DNA of 64,000 nucleotides. Origin: Bacillota bacterium (GTDB lineage Bacteria; Bacillota; Clostridia; Acetivibrionales; DSM-1351). Positions 21,080 to 31,082 of the stretch are shown in pieces. Both the position numbers and the translations under genes were made by a program. The notes beneath the pieces are model-generated. The model was not told the origin of the DNA and searched no databases. It saw only the letters and a list, made by a program, of their open reading frames with translations. Every line of letters starts with the position of its first letter. Position 1 is the stretch's first letter. The DNA lies in assembly GCA_023398105.1 (NCBI GenBank), contig JAEWST010000002.1, positions 107,755-171,754 of the forward strand, written 5' to 3'.

Positions 21080-22189
21080 ATGAAGCTATTAGTATTATAT
21101 GTTTCTGTTGGAACTGGGCATATGAAAGCCGCTGAAGCACTAAAAGAGTCCATTGAAAAGAATTTTAATGGATGGACAGTTGATATATTTGATACTTTAA
21201 AGTATATAAATCCAATTCTAGATAAAATAGTCGTTACCAGCTATCTTGGTGCACTAAAAAGGAGTCCCAAGCTATATAGCAGACTTTATACTGCTTCGGG
21301 CACTGATACAAGTATCTATGACTTAAGTAAAGCATTTAACAAGCTTTTATCTTTTCGTCTAAAAAATCTTATAAAAGAATATGAACCTTCAGCAATTGTT
21401 TGTACTCATCCTTTTCCAATGCAAATGTTATCCTCTCTTAAAGAAAGAGAGCAACTAAACATACCAGCTATTGCAATATTGACTGACTACGTTGTTCATT
21501 CTCTATGGCTTGATAATGGCATAGATGCTTTTGTTGTTGCAAATGAAATGATGAAGACTGAAATGATTAATCGTGGAATACCAAGTAATATTATATTTCC
21601 TTTTGGTATACCTGTATCACCTAAATTTCAAATAAAGACTAATAAACAGTGCTTACTTAGCGAATTAGGACTTGATAATAAATTTACCGTCTTGGTTATG
21701 GGCGGTGGAATGGGCTTTGGAAATATAGAAAGTACAATCGGCTCACTTCTCAAATGTGATATAGACATGCAAATTATTGCAGTTACAGGTACTAATAAAA
21801 AACTTAAATATCAGCTAGAACATTCAGCAAATAATAGCAAGAAAAAAATATTGATATTAAGCTATACTGATAGGATAAATGAACTAATGGACATATCTGA
21901 TCTTTTGATAACTAAGCCCGGAGGTATGACAGTTTCAGAAGCTCTTGTTAAAGGTCTGCCTATTTTTATAATTTCACCTATTCCTGGACAAGAGGAGGGT
22001 AATGCAAGCTTTTTGATTAGAAGTGGCGTTGCTAGTAGGGTTGATAGTTCTACTCAGCTTATAGAAGTACTATCCCGTATTGCTAATGATCCAGTAACCT
22101 TAAACACTATGCGTGAAAACTCAAGATATCTTGGAAAACCTCATTCAGCTTACGACATTGCAGCTTTACTAGACAGGCTGGTAAATTAG
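21080..22189 (+). CDS. UgtP/MGDG-synthase family diacylglycerol glycosyltransferase
   Basis: GTGHMKAAEAL, CTHPF, MGGGMG, ITKPGGMTVSEA and PIPGQEEGNA motifs. Confidence 0.85.
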   Translation: MKLLVLYVSVGTGHMKAAEALKESIEKNFNGWTVDIFDTLKYINPILDKIVVTSYLGALKRSPKLYSRLYTASGTDTSIYDLSKAFNKLLSFRLKNLIKEYEPSAIVCTHPFPMQMLSSLKEREQLNIPAIAILTDYVVHSLWLDNGIDAFVVANEMMKTEMINRGIPSNIIFPFGIPVSPKFQIKTNKQCLLSELGLDNKFTVLVMGGGMGFGNIESTIGSLLKCDIDMQIIAVTGTNKKLKYQLEHSANNSKKKILILSYTDRINELMDISDLLITKPGGMTVSEALVKGLPIFIISPIPGQEEGNASFLIRSGVASRVDSSTQLIEVLSRIANDPVTLNTMRENSRYLGKPHSAYDIAALLDRLVN

Positions 22190-22267
22190 AAGAGCATACT
22201 AAAAATCTGATAGCTTCTATTTATATTTCTAGTGTGTACTTTTCTTAAAGGAATACCGAATCAGAAT

Positions 22268-23218
22268 TTAGAAAATCCTCCTTATATAACAAATTCTATC
22301 CTTAAAATAACTATCCTCTAGAGACTCGGTTAGTACCCCTTTAGACGTACTAGAGTGTATAAATTCATTGTTTCCAACGTATACTCCTACGTCAGAAATA
22401 TCCTTTTTGAGGCTATCTGAGCTAAAAAATAATAAATCTCCATATTGTATATCATTTTCTTTAACGTCAGTTCCAGAATTCTTCATATCTTCAAGTATTC
22501 TTGGAATATCCACACCATTTATCTTACTACAAATATATACAAGACCCGCTGAATCTATACCCCATCTGCTGACACCACCTAAAATAAAAATAGTTCCGTC
22601 AAATTTATTAATTGTCTGTACAAACTCATTGCTTGTAGTTTTAGGTATAACATAATCATTAATAGGAATGGCAATAACTCCACCCTCATCTATCCAGCCT
22701 CTTTTATTCTCGGGTAGTAACACATCATAACCTGTTTTGGACTTACCAACTGAATATAGCTCTGTTCCTAATACTATTTTTTTATACTTTGCTTTATAGC
22801 TAGTACCAGAATAAATATCTGCAAGCTTGGCTGTTACAACTATCTTATTTTTTATACTCCCATTGGTTACACTGTCTGTGTCTCTGCTCACATACTTACT
22901 CTTTACCCATCCAGAGGAGCCATCTAAAAGCTTTATATTTGTCCAAGTTTCTTCTTCTTTAATTATTGATACTACCTGATTAAAAAGGACTTGTGTCTTC
23001 CTCCTGCTTAATATGTCTGGCTTATCAAACATATCTACCACTGCTTCTGTTATTACGGCAGCACTCTCAGGAGTTATTCCACTTAATAACTGCTCATTTG
23101 ATGTAATAGGAATTTCTCTATTTCCGCATCCACTTAATGTTATAAAAAGCATCAACATAACAATGCTTGTAATTTTTAAGAGTAATTTTGTCTTGTTCAT
23201 GCTATCCACTATCTCCAA
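22268..23218 (-). CDS. SH3 + NlpC/P60 lipoprotein, apparently with a degenerate catalytic site
   Basis: Lipobox LSGC; SH3-like GWV repeats; GIDSAGLV where active members have DCS; SDVGVY where HV is expected. Confidence 0.78.
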   Translation of the reverse strand: MEIVDSMNKTKLLLKITSIVMLMLFITLSGCGNREIPITSNEQLLSGITPESAAVITEAVVDMFDKPDILSRRKTQVLFNQVVSIIKEEETWTNIKLLDGSSGWVKSKYVSRDTDSVTNGSIKNKIVVTAKLADIYSGTSYKAKYKKIVLGTELYSVGKSKTGYDVLLPENKRGWIDEGGVIAIPINDYVIPKTTSNEFVQTINKFDGTIFILGGVSRWGIDSAGLVYICSKINGVDIPRILEDMKNSGTDVKENDIQYGDLLFFSSDSLKKDISDVGVYVGNNEFIHSSTSKGVLTESLEDSYFKDRICYIRRIF

Positions 23219-23247
23219 ATAATTATAATTTATTTCTAAACATAAAA

Positions 23248-25392
23248 CTATGTCAATGAAAATACCTGACAGTTATAATTACTGCTAATTTGCTCAACCT
23301 CTCTCAGCTTACATGTAAAAAAAACAACCTGCTGATTTTTACTGATATCATATATACACTTCATTGCATTACTTGTTCTTTCTTCATCATATTGTGAAAA
23401 GGGTTCATCCATAATAAACGGTAAACTTTCATTAATTTTGAGCACTGTCTCCGATATTGCAATTCTAAGTGCTAAATACATTTGATCTAAAGTTCCACTG
23501 CTTAATATAGTTGCTGGAACAATTATTTCACTTTTGGGATCACTTAGCATTATACTTAAATTTTCTCCTGCCCTAACATCAGAGTACTTTTGAGCAGTTA
23601 ATTCAGAAAATATATTACTAAATACTTTGTTCATAATAGGTATGTATTTCTTCTGAACCTCATTAGAAGCCTCTTTCAATGTTCTTATTGCTATTCTCAA
23701 GGCTTCACCTCTTTGTTCGAGTTGTTCCTTTTGATGTGTTAATCTCAAAATTTCATCCTCAACGAATTCATTTTCCTGATCCTCAGTCTTTATAATACTG
23801 GCGTCAACCGTAGCCTTTTCAATTATCTTCTTTTGTAGCTGGGCTGATAAAAATTCTTTTACTTCAACTAATCTTGCACATTCATTGCTAATACTATTCT
23901 CAAACACATTGTAATATATTTCCTTTTCAGTACTAGTTAAAGCTTCATCAACATCTTGTTTCAGTGATATAATTATTTCTGATAAACTATCAATTTTGCC
24001 TTCTAATTCTAAAATATCTAATTGCTTAAAACTTAAGTTATGAATTGTCAGCCTTACAGTTAGGTTTTCATATTGAGACTTTTCAGAAATAATTCTGCTA
24101 TTTATGCTATCCAACTGTTGTTTAAGTATGTAATCTATCCCTTGCAAATTATCAAGCTGGCTCTTAAGCTCTTTAATCTCTTTCAGCTTATCAGAATATT
24201 TGATTTGATGTTCTTCTAAATTTCTAAAAACTCTATTGTTCAAAAACCAGCAAATAGTAAAAATTAAAGTTACAATAGCTGGAATTGCTATGTATATTTC
24301 CTCTATATTATTAAAAACAAAAGCTAAACAGCTTACCGCCACAGTAGAAATAATTGATATACTTATACAAACCTTAAGAGCTGTTTTTAAAGACTTATGC
24401 TTCTTTAATGTTTGTAATATTTCATTTAAATCTCCTGCATTGTTTGGATTTTCAATGCTTAGCTGTTCATTAAGTGCAACTATTTTATCGGAATTTTCAG
24501 CTATATTCTTCTCAAACTTGTATTTATCTCTATCTAAAGAGTTAATTTCCTTTTGATAATAGCTAATTCTTTCATTCAAAAACGAGGCTTCCTCCGACCT
24601 CTCCCTTTGTAGCTTCAGTCTTTCCTTAGCCTCACATAATTCTAATAATTTTGAGAAAAGTTTTAATTTATCTGAAAGCTTCTTTATTTGAGATGTAATA
24701 TTCTCCTTATTTACCATTGCAGCTGCAAGTCTTTCATTTCTTAATTGAATTTTTAGCCTGACTTTTTTTAACTCCTCAAGTCGTTTGCTAATAATATCTA
24801 AGGGTCTAGTAGAACTTCTATCAGTTCCCACTTGCTGCTTTAGGGTCTCTCTTAGTGCAACATCAGCCTTTTTAAATGAAACATCTTCTGCTCCGCTCTC
24901 TCTTAAATTTGAGATCCTATCAATTAAATCCTTTGAAGCAGAATTGTCCAGCCTAGATCCAAATTGCTTTATATAAACAGTTTTTTCAAAAATGCTTTTA
25001 TTTAGCCCAATTAGTTTTTCTGCAATCCCACTTCCATCTTTACTATTTGCATAATCATTTGTTATTTCATTAAAAGAATGGTCATATAGCTTTACAAGTC
25101 CATTTTCAAAAACCCTATCAATTCTATAGGATTTTCCGCTATCTAGTTCAAAATTTATATATCCACCATAATCAGCATTACTCCAAGGTTTATATCTCTT
25201 TGCTTCAGCTATAACACCATCTTTTACGGCTCTTCCACTCTCTAAACCATATAATATAGCCTTAATAAAAGCCATAAGAGTTGACTTACCACTCTCATTA
25301 GGTCCATAAATAACATTCAAACCATCAGAAAGAGTCATATCAAAATCTTCTATTTTCCCAAATCCTCTAACGTGAAGTCTTCTGATTTTCAT
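23248..25392 (-). CDS. YhaN-like SbcC/SMC-type ATPase with internal TM helices
   Basis: Walker A GPNESGKST, long coiled coil, LSSGTLDQ signature, FIMDEPFSQYD. Confidence 0.85.
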   Translation of the reverse strand: MKIRRLHVRGFGKIEDFDMTLSDGLNVIYGPNESGKSTLMAFIKAILYGLESGRAVKDGVIAEAKRYKPWSNADYGGYINFELDSGKSYRIDRVFENGLVKLYDHSFNEITNDYANSKDGSGIAEKLIGLNKSIFEKTVYIKQFGSRLDNSASKDLIDRISNLRESGAEDVSFKKADVALRETLKQQVGTDRSSTRPLDIISKRLEELKKVRLKIQLRNERLAAAMVNKENITSQIKKLSDKLKLFSKLLELCEAKERLKLQRERSEEASFLNERISYYQKEINSLDRDKYKFEKNIAENSDKIVALNEQLSIENPNNAGDLNEILQTLKKHKSLKTALKVCISISIISTVAVSCLAFVFNNIEEIYIAIPAIVTLIFTICWFLNNRVFRNLEEHQIKYSDKLKEIKELKSQLDNLQGIDYILKQQLDSINSRIISEKSQYENLTVRLTIHNLSFKQLDILELEGKIDSLSEIIISLKQDVDEALTSTEKEIYYNVFENSISNECARLVEVKEFLSAQLQKKIIEKATVDASIIKTEDQENEFVEDEILRLTHQKEQLEQRGEALRIAIRTLKEASNEVQKKYIPIMNKVFSNIFSELTAQKYSDVRAGENLSIMLSDPKSEIIVPATILSSGTLDQMYLALRIAISETVLKINESLPFIMDEPFSQYDEERTSNAMKCIYDISKNQQVVFFTCKLREVEQISSNYNCQVFSLT

Positions 25393-26531
25393 TAATCTAC
25401 CCTTCCATTTTCCAAAGCCTGAAGTCCGTATTGCAAAGCCATAAATAAAGTTTCACGACCTAACTCCGAAGTTTCTTGCTCTAGTATATCCATTATTCTA
25501 CGTACAAATTCTCCTTTAATTCCAGGCTCGTCAAGATACTTGTCGTAATCAAATTTAACTGATGTATTATTTTTTATTCTTATATAAAAACAGCTCTGCT
25601 TCAAAGCTTCTATAATATTTCCTATATCTAATCCGTAATCTTTTGAAATAAAACCTTTCAATGAAATACTGTATAAGTCTGCAGAAGACATTTTTACCAT
25701 AAAATCAGAATTAATTTTTTCAACAACCTCCATATCACATAAACACTCACTTATACTTACCTCCAAATTGTGATAATGTCTAGTTGCAGAAGTTATAAAT
25801 TCTGTCTCTACTTTTTTACGATTTCCATCTTTAAAAGTAATTTTACCTTGTACAAAGCCATGTTGACCTTCTTCATCAAAGCCTAGAGGTTCAGGACTTC
25901 CTGGATTAATCATAACTGTTTTTTCATTATTATAAAAGGAGTAACAGTGCATATGTCCTAATGCTACATAATCCATGCCTAGAGAAAATATCTCTTTAGA
26001 AGTGATAGGGTTATAATTATCCTCTTCAAATGGCATATCTACTGTGCCATGAAACAACAAAAAATTAAACCTCTCATTTGATATTTCTTTATCATAAACA
26101 ATTGGATAATCTTTTTTTACATTTCCTCTAGAACCCATATTATAAATACAGGTATTATATTTTTCCAAATACAATACCTGTTGGGAATCTTCAAGTATAT
26201 GAACATTACTTCCCCATTCAGATGCTCTGTAATATGAATTTTCTGTTAGTATATCGTGATTTCCTGGACAAATAATTACATCAGTTTTATATATCTCCGA
26301 AAATAGATTTTTGACTGCCAAGATGGTGGAACCCCTAACATATTTATCTTCAAAAAAATCTCCACTAATAATTAGCAACTCGATGTTCTGAGAAATTATC
26401 CTTTCTGTTATGCTTTGAAGGCAATTAAAGAGCTCAGCCCTTCTGATATTTGCCTTATCCACATCTCCTAATGATGTTAAAGCTACATCAAGATGTAAAT
26501 CAGCAATATGTATAAATGATACTTGTTTCAC
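25392..26531 (-). CDS. YhaO/SbcD-like metallophosphoesterase nuclease
   Basis: DLHLD, SGDFFE, PGNHD, FHG, ALGHMH and NPGSPE motifs. Confidence 0.88.
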   Translation of the reverse strand: MKQVSFIHIADLHLDVALTSLGDVDKANIRRAELFNCLQSITERIISQNIELLIISGDFFEDKYVRGSTILAVKNLFSEIYKTDVIICPGNHDILTENSYYRASEWGSNVHILEDSQQVLYLEKYNTCIYNMGSRGNVKKDYPIVYDKEISNERFNFLLFHGTVDMPFEEDNYNPITSKEIFSLGMDYVALGHMHCYSFYNNEKTVMINPGSPEPLGFDEEGQHGFVQGKITFKDGNRKKVETEFITSATRHYHNLEVSISECLCDMEVVEKINSDFMVKMSSADLYSISLKGFISKDYGLDIGNIIEALKQSCFYIRIKNNTSVKFDYDKYLDEPGIKGEFVRRIMDILEQETSELGRETLFMALQYGLQALENGRVD

Positions 26532-26539
26532 GTGAAACT
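26524..26539. other. parS site (15/16 match)
   Basis: TGTTTCACGTGAAACT vs consensus TGTTTCACGTGAAACA. Confidence 0.75.
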
Positions 26540-26941
26540 ACCTTTCTTGTTAACAAAAATTGAAACATATGCAATAGCATAATCCTTACAATGAGATAAC
26601 GAAATTGAAACTTCAGAGGAAGCTATACTTGTAAAGTATTCCTTAGCCGCCCCATGTAATACTACATATGGTTTGCCTAAATTGTCATTTAATATCTCAA
26701 TTTCATTAAAAGCAGCTTTAGCTCCAATTCCTGTGCCAAAAGCTTTTGATACCGCCTCTTTACCTGCAAATCTAGCAGCATAGCTTTCATATTTTGAAGC
26801 TTTTCTGCCTTCACAGTACTTAATTTCATTAGCCGTAAAAACCTTTTCTAAAAAACTATTTCTTCTACTTTTCTCAATAGCTACTTTTATTCTATCAATC
26901 TCTATAATATCTGTACCTACTAATAACTCCAAAAAAGCCAC
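26528..26941 (-). CDS. acpS: holo-ACP synthase
   Basis: GTDIIEIDRI, AARFAGKEAVSKAFGTG and SISLSH motifs. Confidence 0.93.
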   Translation of the reverse strand: MAFLELLVGTDIIEIDRIKVAIEKSRRNSFLEKVFTANEIKYCEGRKASKYESYAARFAGKEAVSKAFGTGIGAKAAFNEIEILNDNLGKPYVVLHGAAKEYFTSIASSEVSISLSHCKDYAIAYVSIFVNKKGSFT

Positions 26942-27006
26942 CGCCTGCTATATTTCATTAAAAACAAGTTAATTATCCTATTCACTGAAAACGCTATTTT
27001 AATTTA

Positions 27007-27275
27007 ATTCAACTTTCCCAGTTAAAAATCGTAGGTGTTAAACTTATCAATGGAAAGTTGGATTAGAAATAATTCATGAATTAGTTGGTAAATCGAAGTA
27101 TTTTTGCCGAAAAATCGACACGATGTCGGTTTTAGCACACTATGAACCATGGATGGTGAATGTGTGCGACGGCTAAAATGCTGAGATAGACCATTACTAA
27201 TTCAAGCAACTATTTCGGCAACAAACCATTGATAAGTTTGGACGCCGATAGATTTTTTAGGTGGGAAAGTTGAAT
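27007..27275. mobile_element. family B MITE-like element, most complete copy
   Basis: ATTCAACTTTCCCA...AAACTTATCAATGG at left, CCATTGATAAGTTT...TGGGAAAGTTGAAT at right (imperfect ~45 bp TIR); non-coding; homologous copies elsewhere in the window. Confidence 0.75.
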
Positions 27276-27373
27276 AATTTAAGTTTTATATATCTAAATC
27301 AAGTTTCTCACATAAAATCTATGTGCTCTTATAATTCTCAGTGGTTTGGTGCTAAAATAAATTTCTTTTTAAT

Positions 27374-27424
27374 AAGTACAACTAAGCTTACAGTATATTC
27401 AACCCTGTTAGCTTAGTTGTACCT
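27374..27424. terminator. hairpin downstream of the GAF-protein gene
   Basis: GTACAACTAAGCT...AGCTTAGTTGTAC stem. Confidence 0.6.
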
Positions 27425-27439
27425 TGTTTTATATTTTCT

Positions 27440-29389
27440 CTATCTATATAGTTCAAAAAATTCTGCAAAGTTTATAAAATCTGTACCAAGCTTCATAATC
27501 TTTACTTTCATATCTTCAAATTTAGTACAATCTTTTATTCTTTCAAGTAATTCAGCTTCATTAACAGTATTTTCAATAATAAAAATATTATTATATGAGA
27601 ATGGGTATACTTTTTTGAAGTTTTCCTTGAGTCCCTCAACAGCCGAATTTCCTTTAAACAAGAACTCTCTTTGATCCTCTATTTGTACGACAGATAAATC
27701 AATATTATACTCTAACGCAGCATTTACCTCTTCCTTCAAATCTCTTTTGAATAATTCAATAAAATTTGGTAGTGTAAATCTCTGATGCATCTGTATTATC
27801 AACAAATTGTTTAAAACAGGTGCTATGTTACCTGCAATTGTATCTATAATAAGCATATTTTCTTCATTATCAAGCTGTACATCTGAATATCCAAATATTA
27901 TTATAGCTCCAAGCACATCAATTTCCATCATATCAAGATATATTGGAATTATTAATACTCCTTGTACTTCACCAATAGTCTCATCAAATTCTTCACCAAT
28001 ATATTCCGCAACTGTTGACTGACCTAAGCCATAAACACAATCTCCCTCAAAAATTCGTTTCCAATTTTGTTTTGGCTTTATTAACTTTCCCTTACACTCA
28101 TCAATATGAATGGTATTTGAAATCTCAAACTCATTTGTTTCCTTTTTATAGATACAAAATGCACCCTTCGTAACATTGAAAGAAACTTGTAAGGTTTTAG
28201 TTGCTATTTCTTGTAAAGTATCTATTCTAAGTGAACTACTAATGTTTCTCGTTAAATAGTTAAGAGAAATAAGCTTGTCCACTTTCCGTTGAATTAATGC
28301 CTTTTGCTCATTAACTGTTTCAAATAATTTCGCATTGGAAATAGCTGTATACGTAGATGCCGCTAAACTTTCTATCAGTTCAAAAATGCCGTCACCGTAT
28401 TCAGATCCAGTTACTGTATCACTCAATGTTACAAATCCTAAAATTTGACGATTTTTTAACAATAAAACTACATATATAGCTTCTAATTGTTTAAGCTGAT
28501 CATTTACTATAACACAATCCTCTTCAAACAAACAATTAAAATAATCCTGATCCTGTTTATTTCTTAAATCAATTATTATCTTGTTAGGGTTTACTTTACC
28601 TGAGTTTTTAAGCATAAGACTTATATTTACATTTTTTATGTTATAAAATATATCCTTAAAGCTTTTTATAGTATATCTATCACGTCTTTCATCATAGAGT
28701 ATGAAACCAGTAATCTTACTGTGTGTCAACTCTGCAAACACATCGACAGCTATATCATATAATGAATCTATTCTTAAATCACTAAGCAACACCTTTGAGG
28801 ATTGATTAATTGCAAATAAATTAAAAATCTTTTCATCTAGCTCAGTATTTACCTTTGCTAGCTTCTCATATCTGTTAAAATTCTCCAATGCAGTATTAAT
28901 TAATCTCATCAAAGACTCAGATATAATATAGTCATCTTCTCCAAAATTATTATTAGCATGCTGGAACACAATAATTCCATACAAATTGTCTTCAATTATC
29001 AAAGGAACTACTGCATTTATTTCAAGTGAATCAATTAATTCTGGTTCTAAAAACTTTATTAGATTTTCTCTTTCATAAAGTATATTTCCATAATATGTTG
29101 CGAGATCATTTAACTCAATAGAGAGCTCTATATTATCTAACTTTTTTGTGAATCCCTTAATTTTCTTAGGTACATAAGCATAATTTTCAAGGATATATAT
29201 AGCTGATTTTTTTACTAGCAACAACTCATTAATAAAATCAAAAGCCGCATCAACTATTTGATCGAAAACCAGCCTTTGAGAAAAAAATTCTATTGCCTGC
29301 ACTAATCCAGTATATCTATAAAGCTTAGCAGAAAGGACTTCATCCTTTTTCTCCTTTTCTATTCTCTTCAATATAGAATCGTAATCCAT
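27440..29389 (-). CDS. multi-GAF-like domain protein with a degenerate C-terminal output region
   Basis: Repeated GAF-like segments (AVVPLIIEDNLYGIIVF, GVLIIPIY..LGAIII) joined by coiled coils; start moved to the ATG after GGAGGT. Confidence 0.7.
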   Translation of the reverse strand: MDYDSILKRIEKEKKDEVLSAKLYRYTGLVQAIEFFSQRLVFDQIVDAAFDFINELLLVKKSAIYILENYAYVPKKIKGFTKKLDNIELSIELNDLATYYGNILYERENLIKFLEPELIDSLEINAVVPLIIEDNLYGIIVFQHANNNFGEDDYIISESLMRLINTALENFNRYEKLAKVNTELDEKIFNLFAINQSSKVLLSDLRIDSLYDIAVDVFAELTHSKITGFILYDERRDRYTIKSFKDIFYNIKNVNISLMLKNSGKVNPNKIIIDLRNKQDQDYFNCLFEEDCVIVNDQLKQLEAIYVVLLLKNRQILGFVTLSDTVTGSEYGDGIFELIESLAASTYTAISNAKLFETVNEQKALIQRKVDKLISLNYLTRNISSSLRIDTLQEIATKTLQVSFNVTKGAFCIYKKETNEFEISNTIHIDECKGKLIKPKQNWKRIFEGDCVYGLGQSTVAEYIGEEFDETIGEVQGVLIIPIYLDMMEIDVLGAIIIFGYSDVQLDNEENMLIIDTIAGNIAPVLNNLLIIQMHQRFTLPNFIELFKRDLKEEVNAALEYNIDLSVVQIEDQREFLFKGNSAVEGLKENFKKVYPFSYNNIFIIENTVNEAELLERIKDCTKFEDMKVKIMKLGTDFINFAEFFELYR

Positions 29390-29435
29390 GTAAATTACCT
29401 CCAATTTGTTAAGTAGTTAATCTCACAAAATGACA

Positions 29436-31013
29436 TTACATTTCCTTGATTGTTCCTTCATTATAATAATAACTTACTCTAATTACTGGTTTTTGAATTT
29501 CTTTTTGAATGCCTTTTATTTCAAGCATAGAATTAGGAAATGCTCTTTTTAATATAGATATTTCACCCTCACCTTTAGTTCTAAGATAGCTAATCATTTT
29601 CTTTCTGCTTTCCTCATGATCTAGTAGAACTGTTTTAAGTTCATTATAGTGAGAGGTCAGTTTTTCATATTCCGTTTTACGATTTTGCCAGGAATCATAA
29701 GTGTTTGCAAAAATAGCTAACTGTTGTTTATATTTACTTATTTCTAACTTAATTTCATCTATGTTGTGAGATATTTCATCAAGCTTGTCCTTATAAGCAC
29801 TTCTATCAAATCCCTTTACCTTTATAATAGTCCTCTTCTCACTCGAAGAACCTATAATGGCAGTAATTACTCTTACCTCAGCATTAATGGTTCCTCCCAT
29901 TATCTGCCCCTTCATTGAATCAAGAATTACTTCTTTAGCTGTAATATTGCTGTTTAAGCAATAGAATCCCACATGAACGCTTTCATCACAATAAATATCC
30001 GCATCGGCAACATATTTTATGTAGAGATTTTTTTTGCATCTGATAATTGTTTTACCTTTCCCAACAATTCCACCTTTTATATAAATATTACCCTCTTGGC
30101 TTTGTATTTCCTTTACATTACCTACGCCGTATTCGCTAAGAATTTCGATATCCTTTGTAGAAGCTATTGAAAAATTATCCTCAACAGTTCCCTTAACAGT
30201 AAGAAACCCATCAAAATTTACATTTCCAGTCTTAACACCGACATTTTCTTTAATTTCAAGATGATTTGATACCCCGATACTATCCCCTTGAAAAAAGACG
30301 GCACCACTTCTCTTTGCATATAAAACTGTTTTGTTTCCTTGAATAGCTTCTCTTACTGAATTTTTATCATATAATAGGGGATAATTTTTACCAGGTAAAG
30401 GCTTTAAAAGATCTCCAAAAACAGTTCTGCCCTCTTTACCTTCATCAGCAGAAATCCTTTCACCTAGCCAATCCCCTTCTTTGACCATGTTAATCAAATT
30501 TAGTTCATAATGATCAACATTTCCATCCTCTTTTATTTCAGGTCTAACCTCTTTTAATTTATACATTTTATTTATAGAGTCTTTACCTGCAATAGGCATC
30601 AAACCTTCAGCTATTAGTATTGGTTGGTTAGGAGCCAAATTTAAAAAGGCATCTCTTTTAATCCCATAAATAATACCCTTTTCATTTAGTTTTTCTACTA
30701 TCCTTGTAATAATTTCAGACCCTGTTAACTCACTTTTGTCAGCACTTATGGTAACATACGCCTTTAATTTATCTCCTGAGACTTCTACTTTTACCTTTTC
30801 TTTTGTTGAACCAAATCTACGAGGTTCTTGTGGAGCAAATACCAATGCTTCTTTAATAACTACAAAATTTGAGACCTGTATTTCAGGGAAAGAATTTAAG
30901 ATATTATTGAATTCTACAACACTTAATCCCTTTTTGAACGATTGTATGTAAAAACCATCGCCGCTTTTTGTTATTTCTATATACGGAGAAGAATAAATAA
31001 TGGTATTTTCCAT
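29436..31013 (-). CDS. FapA/DUF342 family protein
   Basis: DGNVDHYELNLINMVKEGDWL and TGNVNFDG beta-helix repeats. Confidence 0.85.
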   Translation of the reverse strand: MENTIIYSSPYIEITKSGDGFYIQSFKKGLSVVEFNNILNSFPEIQVSNFVVIKEALVFAPQEPRRFGSTKEKVKVEVSGDKLKAYVTISADKSELTGSEIITRIVEKLNEKGIIYGIKRDAFLNLAPNQPILIAEGLMPIAGKDSINKMYKLKEVRPEIKEDGNVDHYELNLINMVKEGDWLGERISADEGKEGRTVFGDLLKPLPGKNYPLLYDKNSVREAIQGNKTVLYAKRSGAVFFQGDSIGVSNHLEIKENVGVKTGNVNFDGFLTVKGTVEDNFSIASTKDIEILSEYGVGNVKEIQSQEGNIYIKGGIVGKGKTIIRCKKNLYIKYVADADIYCDESVHVGFYCLNSNITAKEVILDSMKGQIMGGTINAEVRVITAIIGSSSEKRTIIKVKGFDRSAYKDKLDEISHNIDEIKLEISKYKQQLAIFANTYDSWQNRKTEYEKLTSHYNELKTVLLDHEESRKKMISYLRTKGEGEISILKRAFPNSMLEIKGIQKEIQKPVIRVSYYYNEGTIKEM

Positions 31014-31082
31014 GCTATGCCCCCTCAAATGTGTTAAATCTACAGATGCTGGTTTTCAAATTATCTTTATTTTCATATATTA

